Translations under genes and position numbers: made by a program
In this document: positions 1-12,533 of the stretch, one piece after another
Numbering within the stretch: the first letter of the stretch is position 1
Layout: every line of letters starts with the position of its first letter
The notes under the pieces: model-generated
Database searches by the model: none
What the model was told of the DNA's origin: nothing
What the model saw: the letters and a program-made list of their open reading frames with translations, nothing else
Source: the human T2T-CHM13v2.0 reference genome, Homo sapiens
NCBI RefSeq assembly: GCF_009914755.1
Contig: NC_060929.1
Reading direction: 5' to 3' (one strand)
Length of the DNA stretch: 64,000 nucleotides

Positions 1-1056
1 GACAGGAACGGGCAGCCGCCACTGTTCACGAGCAAGGGTGCAGGGGCACCAGAGCCCACAGGAGCTCCTGCAATGCGATGACCATGCCTGCAGGCCCCCA
101 TAATAGACAGCCTCATTTTTTTTTTCTAGGCAAAACTTTGGGAGGATCCTTTTTAATTGTATTTGCAAAACAGTTTCTCCCAACATGATGCCCATGTGTA
201 TGTGGATTGGGGGAAATTCCCAAGGCCTCTCAGAGAAGTGCCTCCTTCCTAAGGTGGTGTCCCAGCAGATGAATCTGGCTGGCGTCCTGAGTGGAAGCAG
301 GGCGCGGGCTGCCATGGAACCCCACCCTCCTGCAGGTTCCTGGCCCCTCTGCCTCCTCTTCCTTCCCACCCCAGGGGCCCTGGGATGCAGCTAGGCCAGC
401 TGGGAGCCAGACAGCCACTGAAGCCCTCGGGGTACTGTTCCCTGCCTTTAGCATCCCCCTCAGCTGCCCATTCATTCAGCCATTCTTCTAGGAGGACAGG
501 CCAGGCCATGGTGAGGCCCTGGGTCCAGGGAAAGATACGAAGAGGGCTGAGGCGGGCGTTCCTGCCCTTGGGTCTCTTCCGCTGCCCTGGCAGCCCCGTG
601 CCTCCTGACTGTGGACTGGAGTTCTGCAGCTGCGCCATCCACAGGAAGCTACATGGAGAGATGGGCCAGCTCAGCAGAGAGGCGCAAACACCAATTCAGT
701 TGAAAACTCTGTGTTCCCCGGGTAGAGGCCAGTTAGGAGCCAGCATGCCTCCCAAGGGTTGTGCAGGGAGACTTCAGCCAGGCACCCACTGGGGCAGACC
801 CAGTCCCACTGCTTCTGCCTTCAGTGGCCACAGGCCTGGGGCCATTGGTGGATAGAGCTGGAGAAAGGCCACCTCTTCGGGACCCAGGTCACAGGATGTC
901 CCCCCAAAGCCATCCCAGTCAGATGTCTGCAGACACCTGCTCCCCTGGCAACAGTGACCCAGACCTGACCTTCAACTCTAACTGTGCACAGCTTCCTAGC
1001 CCGGCCCCCAAGCCTGAAGCCTGGTCCCTCCAGACACTGCAGAAAGCTGGGGCTGA

Positions 1057-1342
1057 CTGTAATCCCAGCACTTTGGGAGGCCAAGGTGGGGCGGGTCACG
1101 AGGTCAGGAAATAGAGACCATCGTGGCTAACATGGTGAAACCCTGTCTGTACTAAAAATACAAAAAAAATAGCCACGCATGGTGGCACGCACCGGTAACC
1201 CCAGCTACTCAGGAGGCTAAGGCAGGAGAATCGCTTGAACCTGGGAGGCGGAGTTGCAGTGAGCCGAGATCATGCCATTGTACTCCAGCCTGGGCAACAC
1301 AGCAAGACTCAGTCTCCAAAAAAAAAAAAAAAAAAAAAAAAA
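1057..1342 (+). mobile_element. Alu (AluSc-like), slightly 5'-truncated
   Basis: TGTAATCCCAGCACTTTGGGAGG...TCACGAGGTCAGG, dimer with poly-A. Confidence 0.9.
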
Positions 1343-2139
1343 GGCTCTGGCCCTGCCACTTGACCGGGTGGGTCACCTCTCCGTGCCTCAGTTTCTTCTA
1401 TTTAAAATGCATAGGGGAGGAGCTCTGAGGGCAAAACACCCTGGGTTTGCCTCAGGGCAGGGCAGGACCCTGGACCCAGCAGGCCCCCACTGCATGTCCC
1501 TCCTGTCCTCCCTGCCCCACCCCTGCCCTCTGGCTTCTGGGGTTCAAGTCAGGGAGGCCTTGGGAGTAGCCTGCGGCCCTGGGGACAGACAAGGGTGCCC
1601 CTGAATGTCCTGTGGATCTGCCCAGGTTGATGCCTTGACTGCTCCTTCCTGTCACCCAGGACCCTCCAGGAGAGACCACCCCGGACTACGCCTGCCCAGG
1701 GCTCCCTGCACGTCCCATGTCCCCACAGCGCTCAGGCGCTGAGATGCTCTGCTGTCTGCTGTGGGGGCCTGTGGACGGCCCTCCTCCCCCACCAGGCTGC
1801 AGCTCCCAGCGGGCAGGGATCTAGGCATGCCTTGCTCATACCACAAGGCAGAAACACAGTGAAGAAAGACAGAGAACTGGTCTTGTTGTCTTTGGGGGCT
1901 CAGCCCCCCAGCTCCAAGCTGGAGGATCAGGAGGCATCTACAAGCCTTTCCGAAGCCCCCCCATAGGCTGCCTTGCAGGGTACAGTATGGCCTAGAGAGC
2001 CCCAGAGGGCTCCCCTGGTCATTAAATATCTCAGGATTTCCAGGAACAAGGAGAGGTTCAAGTCCACAGAAGAATCTGATTGGCGTCTCTGGGCCACCCA
2101 CCGGTGCTAGAATCCCGGCTGGGGTGAGGGATGGTGGTG

Positions 2140-2305
2140 CAGAGCCTGGCTATGCAAAATGTGGCCTGGAGCAGCCTGGGGGCCCCCGGGAGCTTGTTAG
2201 AGATGCTGAATCCAGGCCCCATCCAGACCAGCTGAACTAAAACCTGCATTTTGGCAAGTTCCCAGGTGGTCTGATGACATTGAAGTCTGGGACACACTGC
2301 TCTAG
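2140..2305. mobile_element. MER5A-like hAT-Charlie DNA transposon
   Basis: GGGAGCTTGTTAGAGATGCTGAATC...CTGCATTTTGGCAAGTTCCCAGGTG resembles MER5A. Confidence 0.7.
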
Positions 2306-3030
2306 ACCCTCCCAGGGTCCCTCAAAGGTGGGTGTAGAGGCCCTACTGCCCTGCCCTGGGGACGCAGAGGCATCAGGGCCTTAGTCCTCCTGGGGACAGT
2401 GAAAGGGCCACCACCCCAGACCATGGCCAAACTGCAGGGGTCAGGGAGGCATGGCCCAGGACAGCAGCTCAGCAGGGTGCCCAACCCCACCTGCCCCTGC
2501 CTGCCCCAACCCACTTGCCGGCTGGGTCCTCTGGACCTCCGCCCCTTTCCACCCCAGGTTGGAGCCAAAGACCACCCTCTCCACTCCCCAGCCCCCCACC
2601 CCCCAACCCACCGAGTGCAGGGCCCGTTGACTCCTATCTCAACAACAACAGGAAACCATTTTTCCAGACAGCATTATATAAGGGGAGGATGCGTATGTTC
2701 AGCAGATGTTCACTCTGAGGCCGAGCCTCCCCCGCCCTCTGAACAGGAAGGCCACGTCCCCATCCCTCTCCCCCAGGGCCTGGCGCTCCTGGCCCAGGTG
2801 GAGCTGGCCTCTGGCTGGCCACTTCTCTGGAAGGGCCTCGTCCAGCTCTGTCCTGTGCAGGGTCATGCCCCTCCACTCTGCTCTCTCTAGCCCATGGGCA
2901 GGCGCCGCCTGGCTCAGAGGCACAGCAATGGGCCAGGGTCAGACAGTGTTGAGCAGCATGCCAAGAATCACAGGGACATCCACCTGCCAGCAAAGCCTCA
3001 ATGACAACAAAGGACCTGAACAGTGGACAC

Positions 3031-3495
3031 TGACAGGGACTCTCCTGCTTGACCAAACTTTAGTCCAGCTCCTGAACCTTCTCCTTCGCCCACTTCCTTG
3101 TAAGATCCAGTTTATCAAGAACTCTGCTAAGTCACGAATGCCCCATCTCTCCATATCTGATCACCCTTGATATCTGGTCAGGCTCGTCCTCCCCATCACC
3201 CCTCTGGTGATGTCTGGTCACCCCAGCCTGTCTTCAGCTAGAATCATGTTAGGTGAGTTTAGCTAGAATCCCCGACCCCTGATGTTGCTCTTAGTAATTC
3301 CCCATCCCCTGGCCCCTACCCTGCTCCTTGGCTATCACCCCCCACTCGCCCGTGCTGTATTCGGAGTTGAGCCCAGTCTCTCTCCCCGACTGCAAGAGCC
3401 CACTCTAGCGGTTCCTGTGTCTATCTCCATGGTCCTGAATAAAGTCCGCCTTACCGCGCTTTAACAAGTATCATTGAATCATTTTTCATTTAACA
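3031..3495 (+). mobile_element. Solo ERV1 LTR, MER31-like
   Basis: TGACA...TTGACCAAACTTTAGTC start, AATAAA at ~3438, TAACA end, 4-bp TSD ACAC on both sides. Confidence 0.8.
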
Positions 3496-3657
3496 ACACT
3501 CTGCCTTGCTGAAGGGAAGGTAGAAATGACAGCAGTGGGGAGGAGGGAGAAGGGGCATGGGAACCCTGTGCCGCTAAGGGCATACTCTAGACCCTCTGCC
3601 CCAGGCTAATGTTAGAAGCTGCAGAGGTGCAAATATAACAGTCAGACGACCATGGCA

Positions 3658-4491
3658 GTGGTCAGCTGAAAAATGGCCCCCGAAGACACGTCCGGGTCCC
3701 AATCCCTGGAACCCATAAATGTTACCTTCCATGGCAAAAAAGAACTTTGTAGATGCGGTGAGTCCAAGGATCCTGAGATGGAGTGACTGCTGGATTTTCC
3801 GGGTGGGCCCAGGGATAGACAGAATGTTTATATTCCCCCCAAATTCCGATGTTGAAAGCTACTCCCCCAAGGTGATATATTAGGAAGTGGGGCCTTTGGG
3901 AGGTGATTATGTCACCAGATTCCATCCACACGAATGGGATTTGTGCCCCGATCAGAGGGACCCCAGAGAGCTCCCTCACCCTTTCAGCATGTGAGGATGC
4001 AACAAGATGCCTTCTTGAACCAGGGAGCAGACCCTCACCACAACCATATGCACAGCTTCCAGAACCGTGAGAAATAAGCTTCCGATGCTTTTAAGCCGCT
4101 CCGTTTATGGTATTTGGCTATAGCAGCCTGCATGGACTAAGACAGGCCCTAAATGCAATCACACTTCTCTTTATCAGAGGAAGGCAGAGCAAGATGAGCC
4201 AGGCAGAGGAGAAGGCCACGTACAGGCAGAGCAGAGGGAGATGGAGGATGTCGGCCCTGAAGCCCAGAGCGAAGAGGCCACAAGCCAAGCACTGCTGGCT
4301 GCCACGAGGACCTGGAAGAGCCCAGGACGCATCCTCCCCTAGAGGCTCCGGAGGGAGCGCGGCCCTGCCGCCACCTGCGTTTTGCCCTGTTGAAACTGAT
4401 TTCAGCCTCCAGAACCGTGAGAGGATACAATTCTAATGTTTCAAACCAGCAAGCTTGTAGTAATTTGCAGGCAGCCTCAGAAACCAATACA
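3658..4491 (+). mobile_element. MLT1D/E-like MaLR LTR, interrupted
   Basis: AATGGCCCCC...AATCCCTGGAACC...AATGTTACCTT start; CAGCCTCCAGAAC...AATACA end. Confidence 0.75.
3811..4144 (+). mobile_element. MLT1A-like LTR nested in the older MLT1
   Basis: GGGGCCTTTGGGAGGTGATTA...GACTAAGACA; TSD GGCCC at 3806-3810 and 4145-4149. Confidence 0.8.
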
Positions 4492-4738
4492 ATGGGGAAC
4501 TCTGATATGGACTAAAAGTGGTGAGAGAATTATGGTAGAAGAATGGGGCTGGGAGGGGCAGCAGTGTTGTCAGTGAGCTAAACCCTCCTCTTCCAGGGCA
4601 GGAAGTCAATGGACAACATCGAAACCCGATACATCAAGAAACAGCAATAGAATAGCATTTCAGGACTTCATGGCAACCCCAGAACCAGCCAGCAGCCTAA
4701 AGCCTTACCGGGGCTCCCTCCTCAGGAGTGGCCTGTGA

Positions 4739-5410
4739 AGAGGGGACGCACACGCATTCACACTCATGCACACACACACACCGAGACAGAGGAGGGCCTG
4801 GCCAGAGCAGGGGTGTCAGCAGAGGGGACGCACACGCATTCACACTCATGCACACACTCACACCGAGACAGAGGAGGGCCTGGCCAGAGCAGGGGTGTCA
4901 GCAGAGGGGACGCACAAGCATTCACACTCATGCACACACACACTCACACCGAGACAGAGGAGGGCCTGGCCGGAGCAGGGGTGTCAGCAGAGGGGACGCA
5001 CACGCATTCACACTCGTGCACACACACACTCACACCGAGACAGAGGAGGGCCTGGCCGGAGCAGGGGTGTCAGCAGAGGGGACGCACACGCATTCACACT
5101 CGTGCACACACACACTCACACCGAGACAGAGGAGGGCCTGGCCGGAGCAGGGGTGTCAGCAGAGGGGACGCACACGCATTCACACTCGTGCACACACACA
5201 CTCACACCGAGACAGAGGAGGGCCTGGCCGGAGCAGGGGTGTCAGCAGAGGGGACGCACACGCATTCACACTCATGCACACACACACACCGAGACAGAGG
5301 AGGGCCTGGCCGGAGCAGGGGTGTCAGCAGAGGGGACGCACATGCATTCACACTCATGCACACACACACACCGAGACAGAGGAGGGCCTGGCCGGAGCAG
5401 GGGTGTCAGC
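4739..5410. repeat. Minisatellite, 8 x 82-86 bp
   Basis: AGAGGGGACGCACACGCATTCACACTCRTG(CA)n..CCGAGACAGAGGAGGGCCTGGCCRGAGCAGGGGTGTCAGC. Confidence 0.95.
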
Positions 5411-6629
5411 TCCAGGACCAGGAGTTCCCAGGCAGAACCTGATGGTGGGGCGGGGGGGTTCCTCACACACCCCACACCCCTGCCTATGCCCAGACCTCCA
5501 GCTTCAGGCTCTGCATCCACACGGAGGCTTCGGATTGGGCGCAGCCTGGGAGCACACAGACCGGCCAGGGCCAGGGCCAGGACTGGCATTTCCCGGGCTC
5601 CTGGTCCCATCCTGCCCCTCCCACCGGGTCGGCCCTGTCCTTGTCTTGCTCAGCTCGGGGGAAGCACCTCTCGCCAGCCATCTGGGGCTTGGCTGGGCCT
5701 CAGCCTCCTGGCTGCCACGTCTCACTGGGAGCTGGGCGGCCGCCAGCTCTGAGCTAAGTGAGCGCAGAGGAGAGTGCAGGGAGCGGCAAGGCCAGGCTCC
5801 TCCCCACCCCGTGGCGTGGCGTGGCGTGGCCGGAATACTCAGTTTTCCCTGCTTTTTGAGACAAGAGTAGTAAATGCACCGTGCTGTACTCAGAGCCCAG
5901 GAAGCAGCCCTCCCACCCACAGCGCTCCTGCCTCTGCAGCCCCCCGGGCCGTGTCTCTCTCTCACGGGCCCACATCCTCACTGGACTGTCTCCCTTTTAC
6001 AGATGAGGTGAGACAGCATGCAGAGGCCCATGTGCTTGTCCCACAGGGTGACGGGCCAGAATTACAAGCCCCTGATTCTGGGGGCTTCCACGCTCTTCCA
6101 CCAAGCCCTTGTAGCCTTCCTGCACCCAGGTGGGGCTCCTGTCCCCCGCCAGTGCCCCCAACCTCTACTCCAGCAGACCTCCACCTACAGACAGGAGTCT
6201 TGGGCACACACTTTTTTGTGCCAGGCCCAACCAAGAGCTGCAAGGGACATAGGAATGTCCCTTAGCATGGCCCGGGAGCCTCAAGCCCAGGGCCTACCTA
6301 GAAGTAACTCTCTTTCCTGACATTAAGCGACTCCCCTCCCAGAGCCTAATCACAGCCAGCTACGCCCCCTTCTCCCAGTTATTCAAGCCTGGAAGGAACC
6401 TGGAAGTGGTACTGGATTCCTACACCCACCCCCCCCACAATCCCCAAGGCCCCACCCCGGCCTCCTCCTCCCCCTGCCCCTGCATGGAGCAGGCCTCACT
6501 CACTCTCTCTCTTCTGTTCCTCCTGGGTCCCTGCCTCAGACCCTCCCACCTAACACAGCCTCTGCCCCACCCCAGAGGGCTCCTCCCAAGACACGCGTCC
6601 ACGTCGCCATGGACAAGATTAAATACCCT

Positions 6630-6715
6630 GGCTTCTGGAAAGCACTGAGGCCACAGTTGGCTTCTGGAAAGCACTGAGGCCACAGTTGGCTTCTGGAAAG
6701 CACTGAGGCCACAGT
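6630..6715. repeat. Tandem repeat, 3 x 29 bp
   Basis: GGCTTCTGGAAAGCACTGAGGCCACAGTT. Confidence 0.95.
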
Positions 6716-7019
6716 GCTTTGGGAAGGTCATGTCGGGATCCCAGGGCTGACTGCACTCCTGCCAGTGAAGTGGGGGTGTCCCCAAAGGGGGTTTGTTTCC
6801 CACCATTGGGAGCCAGGATCCCAGGTCAGGAAACAGAGCTTGGGTGGGAGGGAAGCCATCTCTGGGGACTTTCCTCCCATCTCCCTTGTCCCGCTCACGA
6901 GGAGAAGCCAGAGCTAGAAGCTGGCATGAGCCCTCCTAGCACCACCAGCCACAGTCTCCACCTCCGGGGACACGAGCTGGGATCTGAGTGGCGCAGGTAC
7001 TATGTTCTAGAGAGGCCGT

Positions 7020-7510
7020 ACCCAGGACCGCCCATGGCACGCAGAGGAAAACTGAAACAACGATCCTTCCAGAGACAAAGCACAGCCCCAGATGGCCACA
7101 GGAACTGGCCGCCCCCAGGAGCTGCTGAGCACAAACGCCACTGGAGAGAAGGCTTGGTGGCTGCACCGAAGAGCAGAACAGAGGAACTGAACAGCCACAG
7201 CCACCGCAGAACTGGGGGATCTGGACAGAGCTCTCGCTGTGTGCTAAGAAAGGAGCAAGAGACAGAGGGCAGGGAGAAAAGCTGCGAGACGTGGGCAAGT
7301 CCCAGAAGAGAGTCGGGGAGGTGAGAGAAGGAATATTTCAAAAAACAAAATTACATGAAAGATTCCAGCATGGATGGGTTCCTAGAGGCCTTATCAATAC
7401 ATATATAAGAAAAAGCTCCATAGCTAGACCCACGATAATGAAACCTAAGAACATCAAAGACAAAGAGAAAGTTCAAAAGCTCCCAGAGGGAAAGAGCAGA
7501 TCAGATCAGT
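7020..7510 (+). mobile_element. Ancient L1M ORF1 remnant
   Basis: Purine-rich; translation ARPTIMKPKNIKDKEKVQK resembles ORF1p PRHIIVK..KDKEKILK. Confidence 0.6.
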
Positions 7511-8050
7511 GTAAACAGGGAGGCAGCAGGCAGACATCCAAGTCCCAGACTGGGGCGTGGGCACCGGGCAGCAGACGGGAGACAAGAGCCCAGGAAGTCC
7601 TGCTGGCAAAGAATTCAAAGGCTCTTGCCTGGAGGGAAGAGGCTGCCCCATTCCGAGGCCAGAGCCACCGCAGCAGAGGACAGCTGTGTCCCTCAGAGGG
7701 GTCGGCAGGGACAGAGGCCACACCAGAGCAGCAGAGATCTAGCAACCCAGAAGGGTGACACCCTGGGAGATGCTGAGAGCAGCAGAGCCCTCAGGAGCAG
7801 GGCTGGGGAGTCGGCCACAGCTCAGGGGGTCATTGCATGTGGGCATCCCAGGCTCCTGCCTAGGCCCCCTAGGGCTCCCCAGCCCCACAGAACACCCTCC
7901 CCACTCCCAGGGATGGCATTTGAGACCTTCCTGCTGTGTCCCTCCAGGAACCTGTGAGCTCCAAGAGAACAGAAGGCTGCCTCTTCAACCCCAGTCCAGC
8001 AAGGCCCAGGGCAGAGCAGGCACGGAGAACTGCTGTCGAACATGAAGTGG

Positions 8051-8335
8051 GGACGGGACGCAGTGGTGTACACCTATAATTCCAGCACTTTGGGAGGCCA
8101 AGAACCGCTTAAGTCCAGAAGTTCAAGATCAGCCTGGGCAACATAGTGAGACCCCATCTCTACAAAAAATAAATTTAAAAAATTAGCCAGGCATGGTGGT
8201 GCACACCTGTACTTTCAGCTACTTTGGAGGCTGAGGCAGGAGGATCCCATGAACCAGGAGGTCAAGGTTGCAGGGAGCTACGATTGCACCACTGCCTTCT
8301 AGCCCGGGAGAGAGCAAGACCCTGTCTCAAAAAAA
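8051..8335 (+). mobile_element. AluJ
   Basis: Diverged dimer with GGGCAACATAGTGAGACCCC and GGAGGATC diagnostics. Confidence 0.88.
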
Positions 8336-10439
8336 GGAAATATATTTAATTTTTTAAAAAGAATACACAGTGGTGAGAAAGGATGGAAAGAAGAGAGGAA
8401 AGGAAGGAAAGGATAGGGAAAGAACAAAAGAAGGAAAGAAAGAAATTCCAGCTAATTCTCAGCAACAGACAATTACAGGAACACAAGGACAAAGCCCAGA
8501 GCCCCAACCCCACGTGGCCTGGGTCCCCACAGCCTCCAGCCCTCCTGTCACTCTGCCAGCTGGCAGCAGGGCCACCTCTGAGCATCCTTTTCCTCAGCAC
8601 TTTGGCGTCTTTCCTCCCAGTGGTTTCTTGGTAGTTCCTCATAAATCCATGCGTAGGTCTGGCTACAGCTATCCTTGTCCCTGAAGATGGACTCAGCTAG
8701 CAGAGTCGCTGATATGGTAACACAATATCACACATCTCATCCAAGCCTGCTCGGACGCTGCCCTTCTGACCCCGATTCCTGTCACCAACACAACAGGAAA
8801 GGAGCTTGAAGACCCAGGAGGCCACAGCACAGTTCCTCGTGGAGGGAGAGAGATGCGAGCAGGTGGGCGGAGGGTGCACTCATGAGACTTCTATAAGCAC
8901 GGACCCAGAGGCCATCCCAGCGACACTGTGTGGGGACTCCTGCACCTCTTCCTGCTGCCCAGACCATGGGTGGCCAGCAGCACTGCAGTGTTGGTGTAAT
9001 CTATGTCCCCCGGATGGCCAGCGGGCACAGAGCATATGTGTGCTGAGGGACACATGCCCCACACAAACGCCCCCACATGTGCATCGCATACATCACCCAC
9101 ACACACACGTGTACATTTCAGCACGCGTCTAGGGGAGGTTAGCGTGCCAGCACCAGCTGAGACTCCCTGGCCAGACTCATCGCCAGTTGGGGAGAGTGGA
9201 GCAGACGTACAGGATGGAGGGTAGAGGTGGGGCTGGTCCACAGTGAGGGAGGGAGGCAGGTGTAGACTGGGCCAGGGAAAGGTTCTGGAAACCCAGACTG
9301 AAGGTTCCCTGGGGTCCCTGGGGCTCATCCAGGGCTGGGGTGGAGCCAGGACATGAGGAACGGGCAGTGATGAATCTGAAGCCCTGCTGGTCAGCAGAGC
9401 CTCCACCTGCACGTCCTCCCCAAAGGTCAGGCAGGCTTCACCCTGGCCACGTCTCTACCCTGGCCATTAGCAAAGAGGCCCCCCTTGGACCAGGAGGAAC
9501 ACAGCAGGCCAGCCCTCCTGCCCTTCCCATCCAAGGCTCCAGCCACTCTCATGGAGACTCTGAGCTGAGACACTCCCAGCAGAAAGGGTCATTTATCTCA
9601 GAGCTTAACTAGCCCCTTCCAATTAGTGAGGAATAAAATGGCAGCATTTACTCTGAAGAACTGCGATGCGAGAGTATTAATTAAATGCGCTGCCGCTGAG
9701 CCTCAGCACACAGGAGGCTGAGCCCTCATTAAAAAGGCATGAGACTAAAGCAAGACAGGGAGGAGAGGCGGGGCCAGCTAGACAGGGGATGGGGAGAGAA
9801 GGAGATGCCGGGCGGGGCGGGGACAGCCAGGGACGGCCACAGCTGCCCTGCCAGGAGGGACAGGGCCCACTGCAAAGTGGGACAGCTGCTTCTAGCCCTC
9901 TCACAAGAAGGCTGGTGGGGAAGAAGCCAAGCACACGCAGAGGGTGCTCCCGCACACCCCTCGCCTCCGTCTTTTTGGAATCTTGACAGTTAGAAGACGA
10001 CAAGGGCCACTGTCCAGTGGCTGGCATTTGTCCCCATGAGACCACAGAGAGGCAGAGGACAGCTCCTTCTCAGACCAGGGCAGGTGGGGCAATGCCAAGG
10101 CCCCCTCGGCTCAGGATGGAGCTGAGCCTCCCCAGGATGACTCCCCTGGGGGAAACACTGATGTCGCTGTTTGAGCGTTGAGACGTTGGGGCCTGGCCTC
10201 TGAGAGGCGGGGCCCCGAAGGGTCTTCCAGGAAGGTCAGACCCCAGCCCAAAAGCAGCAGGCCTGGGCCACAAAGAGAGCTGGTCCCTGGGCCAGAAAGC
10301 CCTCTTCCACCATGCACTCTGGGCAAGGGGCGTGTGTGCCATTAGGAACACAGCTGCACGCTATTTCTCTCCTGTCTTCCTCCAGCTGAAGATTTCACAC
10401 AGCCCTGTTATGACTGAGGGTTCCCAACAGCTATTCCCT

Positions 10440-10945
10440 CAACACACAGGCCCCCACACACATGCATGTGCACTCATGCACTCCCACATGCAGCATGCAT
10501 GCACCCACATACAAATGTCCATACGCATCACATGCACCACGTGTGCACTCACACGCAGGCGTCACACAGGCACCATGCAGACGCATGCACACACACATCA
10601 CTCATATGTGCATCTCCTGTGACACATGCATCACATACACATGTCCACACATGTGCACTACACACAAGTACACACATGCACCAGAAAAATGCCCCATGCA
10701 TGTGCATGGCAGACATTACCCACACATACACATGTGCATCGGTCATACATGTGTATCATATGCAGGTATCATATGTACAGGCATGCAGTGCACACATGCA
10801 TGCATCAAGCACATGCATTATACATGCACACGCCCACACATGTGCACACATGCATGACACTCATGCACTCACACATGCCTCACATTTGCACACATGCATC
10901 ACTGACGTGCTCACACATCAGCCACACACATGCACTCACTCACAC
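10440..10945. repeat. Degenerate (CA)/(CATG) simple-repeat region
   Basis: Alternating purine-pyrimidine CACACATGCA motifs. Confidence 0.85.
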
Positions 10946-11697
10946 CCTCCTGCTGCTCCCAGCCTCACTGCCTGCTTGCTTACTTTCCCAGTTCCTGCCA
11001 CTACCTGAGAAGGTGTTTATTTGGCCTTTTGCTTATTGTATGTCTCTACCACCTCATCCTACCCCTCCCAGCCCTCCCCATCCACACTCAACCAGTAGAA
11101 TAGAAGCCTCTCCCCTCTGTTGAGGCAAAAAGCTGTGACCCTCTTTTCACCCAGAAACCACAGGAAGCATGCGTGCAGACTGGACTCAGCCTTCACCAGC
11201 CCCCGCAGTCATTACGCCTGGCTCCCCAGCACCCAAACCCAGGTCCCCACTGGTCAGCACGTTCACACCCAGCCTGCCACATCTCCGGCCTGGCCCACAG
11301 AATGCCTGGTCCCAGACTCCTAATGTAGGAAGACTGCCCTGCCTGATCTCAAGGCTTGCTTCTCTGCATTCAGGCCACTCCTGCTGCCCAGCCTGACGGC
11401 TCCTGGAGCAGCCGGTGATCAGTCAACCTCCCCAGCCTTCTGTTTGCCTTGCAGAGCCAGCCGACTCCCAGGAGAGCTGTAGAGGCTGGTCAGCAGCCTC
11501 ACTGTCCCTGCCCTGCCTGGTGAGGGAAGGGAGGCCACGGAGGAAATTCCCTCCCGCTCCATGTCTGCCTCGTGTCCTTCTCTCTCCTGCTGTGCTCCTG
11601 GGCAGCAGCTCCCTCCTCCAGCCTTCCAGGTCTCCCAATCCTGGCCCCAGCCACTTCCTTGGGAACCCTAAGCCTGCCTGGAGTCCACCCTCCTCCA

Positions 11698-12007
11698 TTT
11701 TTTTGGGTTTTTTTTGAGACGGAGTCTCGCTCTGTCACTCAGGCTGGAGTGCAGTGGCACGATCTTGACTCACTGCGAGCTCCACCTCCTGGGTTCACAC
11801 CATTTTCCTGCCTCAGCCTCCTGAGTAGCTGAGACTACAGGTGTCCACCACTACGCGTGGCTAATTTTTTTTTTTTTTTTTGTATTTTTAGTAGAGACGA
11901 GGTTTCACCATTTTAGCCAGGATGGTCTCAATCTCCTGACCTTGTGATCCGTCCACCTCAGCCTCCCAAAGTGCTGGGATTACAGGCATGAGCCACTGTT
12001 CCTGGCC
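11698..12007 (-). mobile_element. AluY
   Basis: TTCACACCATT and TTAGCCAGGATGGTCTC diagnostics; expanded middle T-tract. Confidence 0.9.
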
Positions 12008-12009
12008 CA

Positions 12010-12533
12010 CCCTTCTCCTTCTGATAGCACAGCCCCTGTGTCACTCAGGAACCAGCTCTCATCCCTGCGTCACCAGTGGGCAAGGAGGGCACATGACCCA
12101 GCCTAGGCCAGGTAGAATACGTTGTCATCTGACTACATGAACATAGCTCAGGGATGAGGACTTGCCACAAGGTATTCCATGAAGTTAAATCCAGGAACTA
12201 TTGCTGGAATTGTTGGAAAGGAAAAGCTGTTTCCCCCGGGTTGTTGCCCTGTGAGGAGGTAATGCAGCAGCTGCCTGCATCCATTTTTCTGCCTCAGAGA
12301 AGAGCAGGCCTGAGAGTGAAATCGACATAGAGGAGAGCAAAGCCAAGGGTTGGGGATGTGGGAAAAAAAACAACTGAAAATTTATTTGGGCACCTGGATC
12401 CAGCCACACCTGAAGCTAGATAGTTCTAGATATTTTTCTTTTTGCAGATTAACCAATAAGTTTTTTTTTCTTTTTTCTGAAGCCACTTTTACTTGGATTT
12501 CCAACACTTGAGGAATAACACCTGACTAATACA
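12010..12533 (+). mobile_element. MLT1J/K-like old MaLR LTR
   Basis: CACCTGGATCCAGCCACACCTGAAGCTAG...CCTGACTAATACA. Confidence 0.65.

Noticed and set aside
4728-5870. Long ORFs (380, 328, 235 aa) in all three + frames
   Set aside because: Products of the stop-free VNTR; repetitive peptides with no gene structure
4739-6715. CRISPR-like appearance of the tandem repeats
   Set aside because: No unique spacers and no cas genes; eukaryotic context
10440-10945. His/Cys/Thr-rich ORFs (also ~28700, ~34700, ~45850)
   Set aside because: Degenerate (CA)n sequence, not metal-binding proteins
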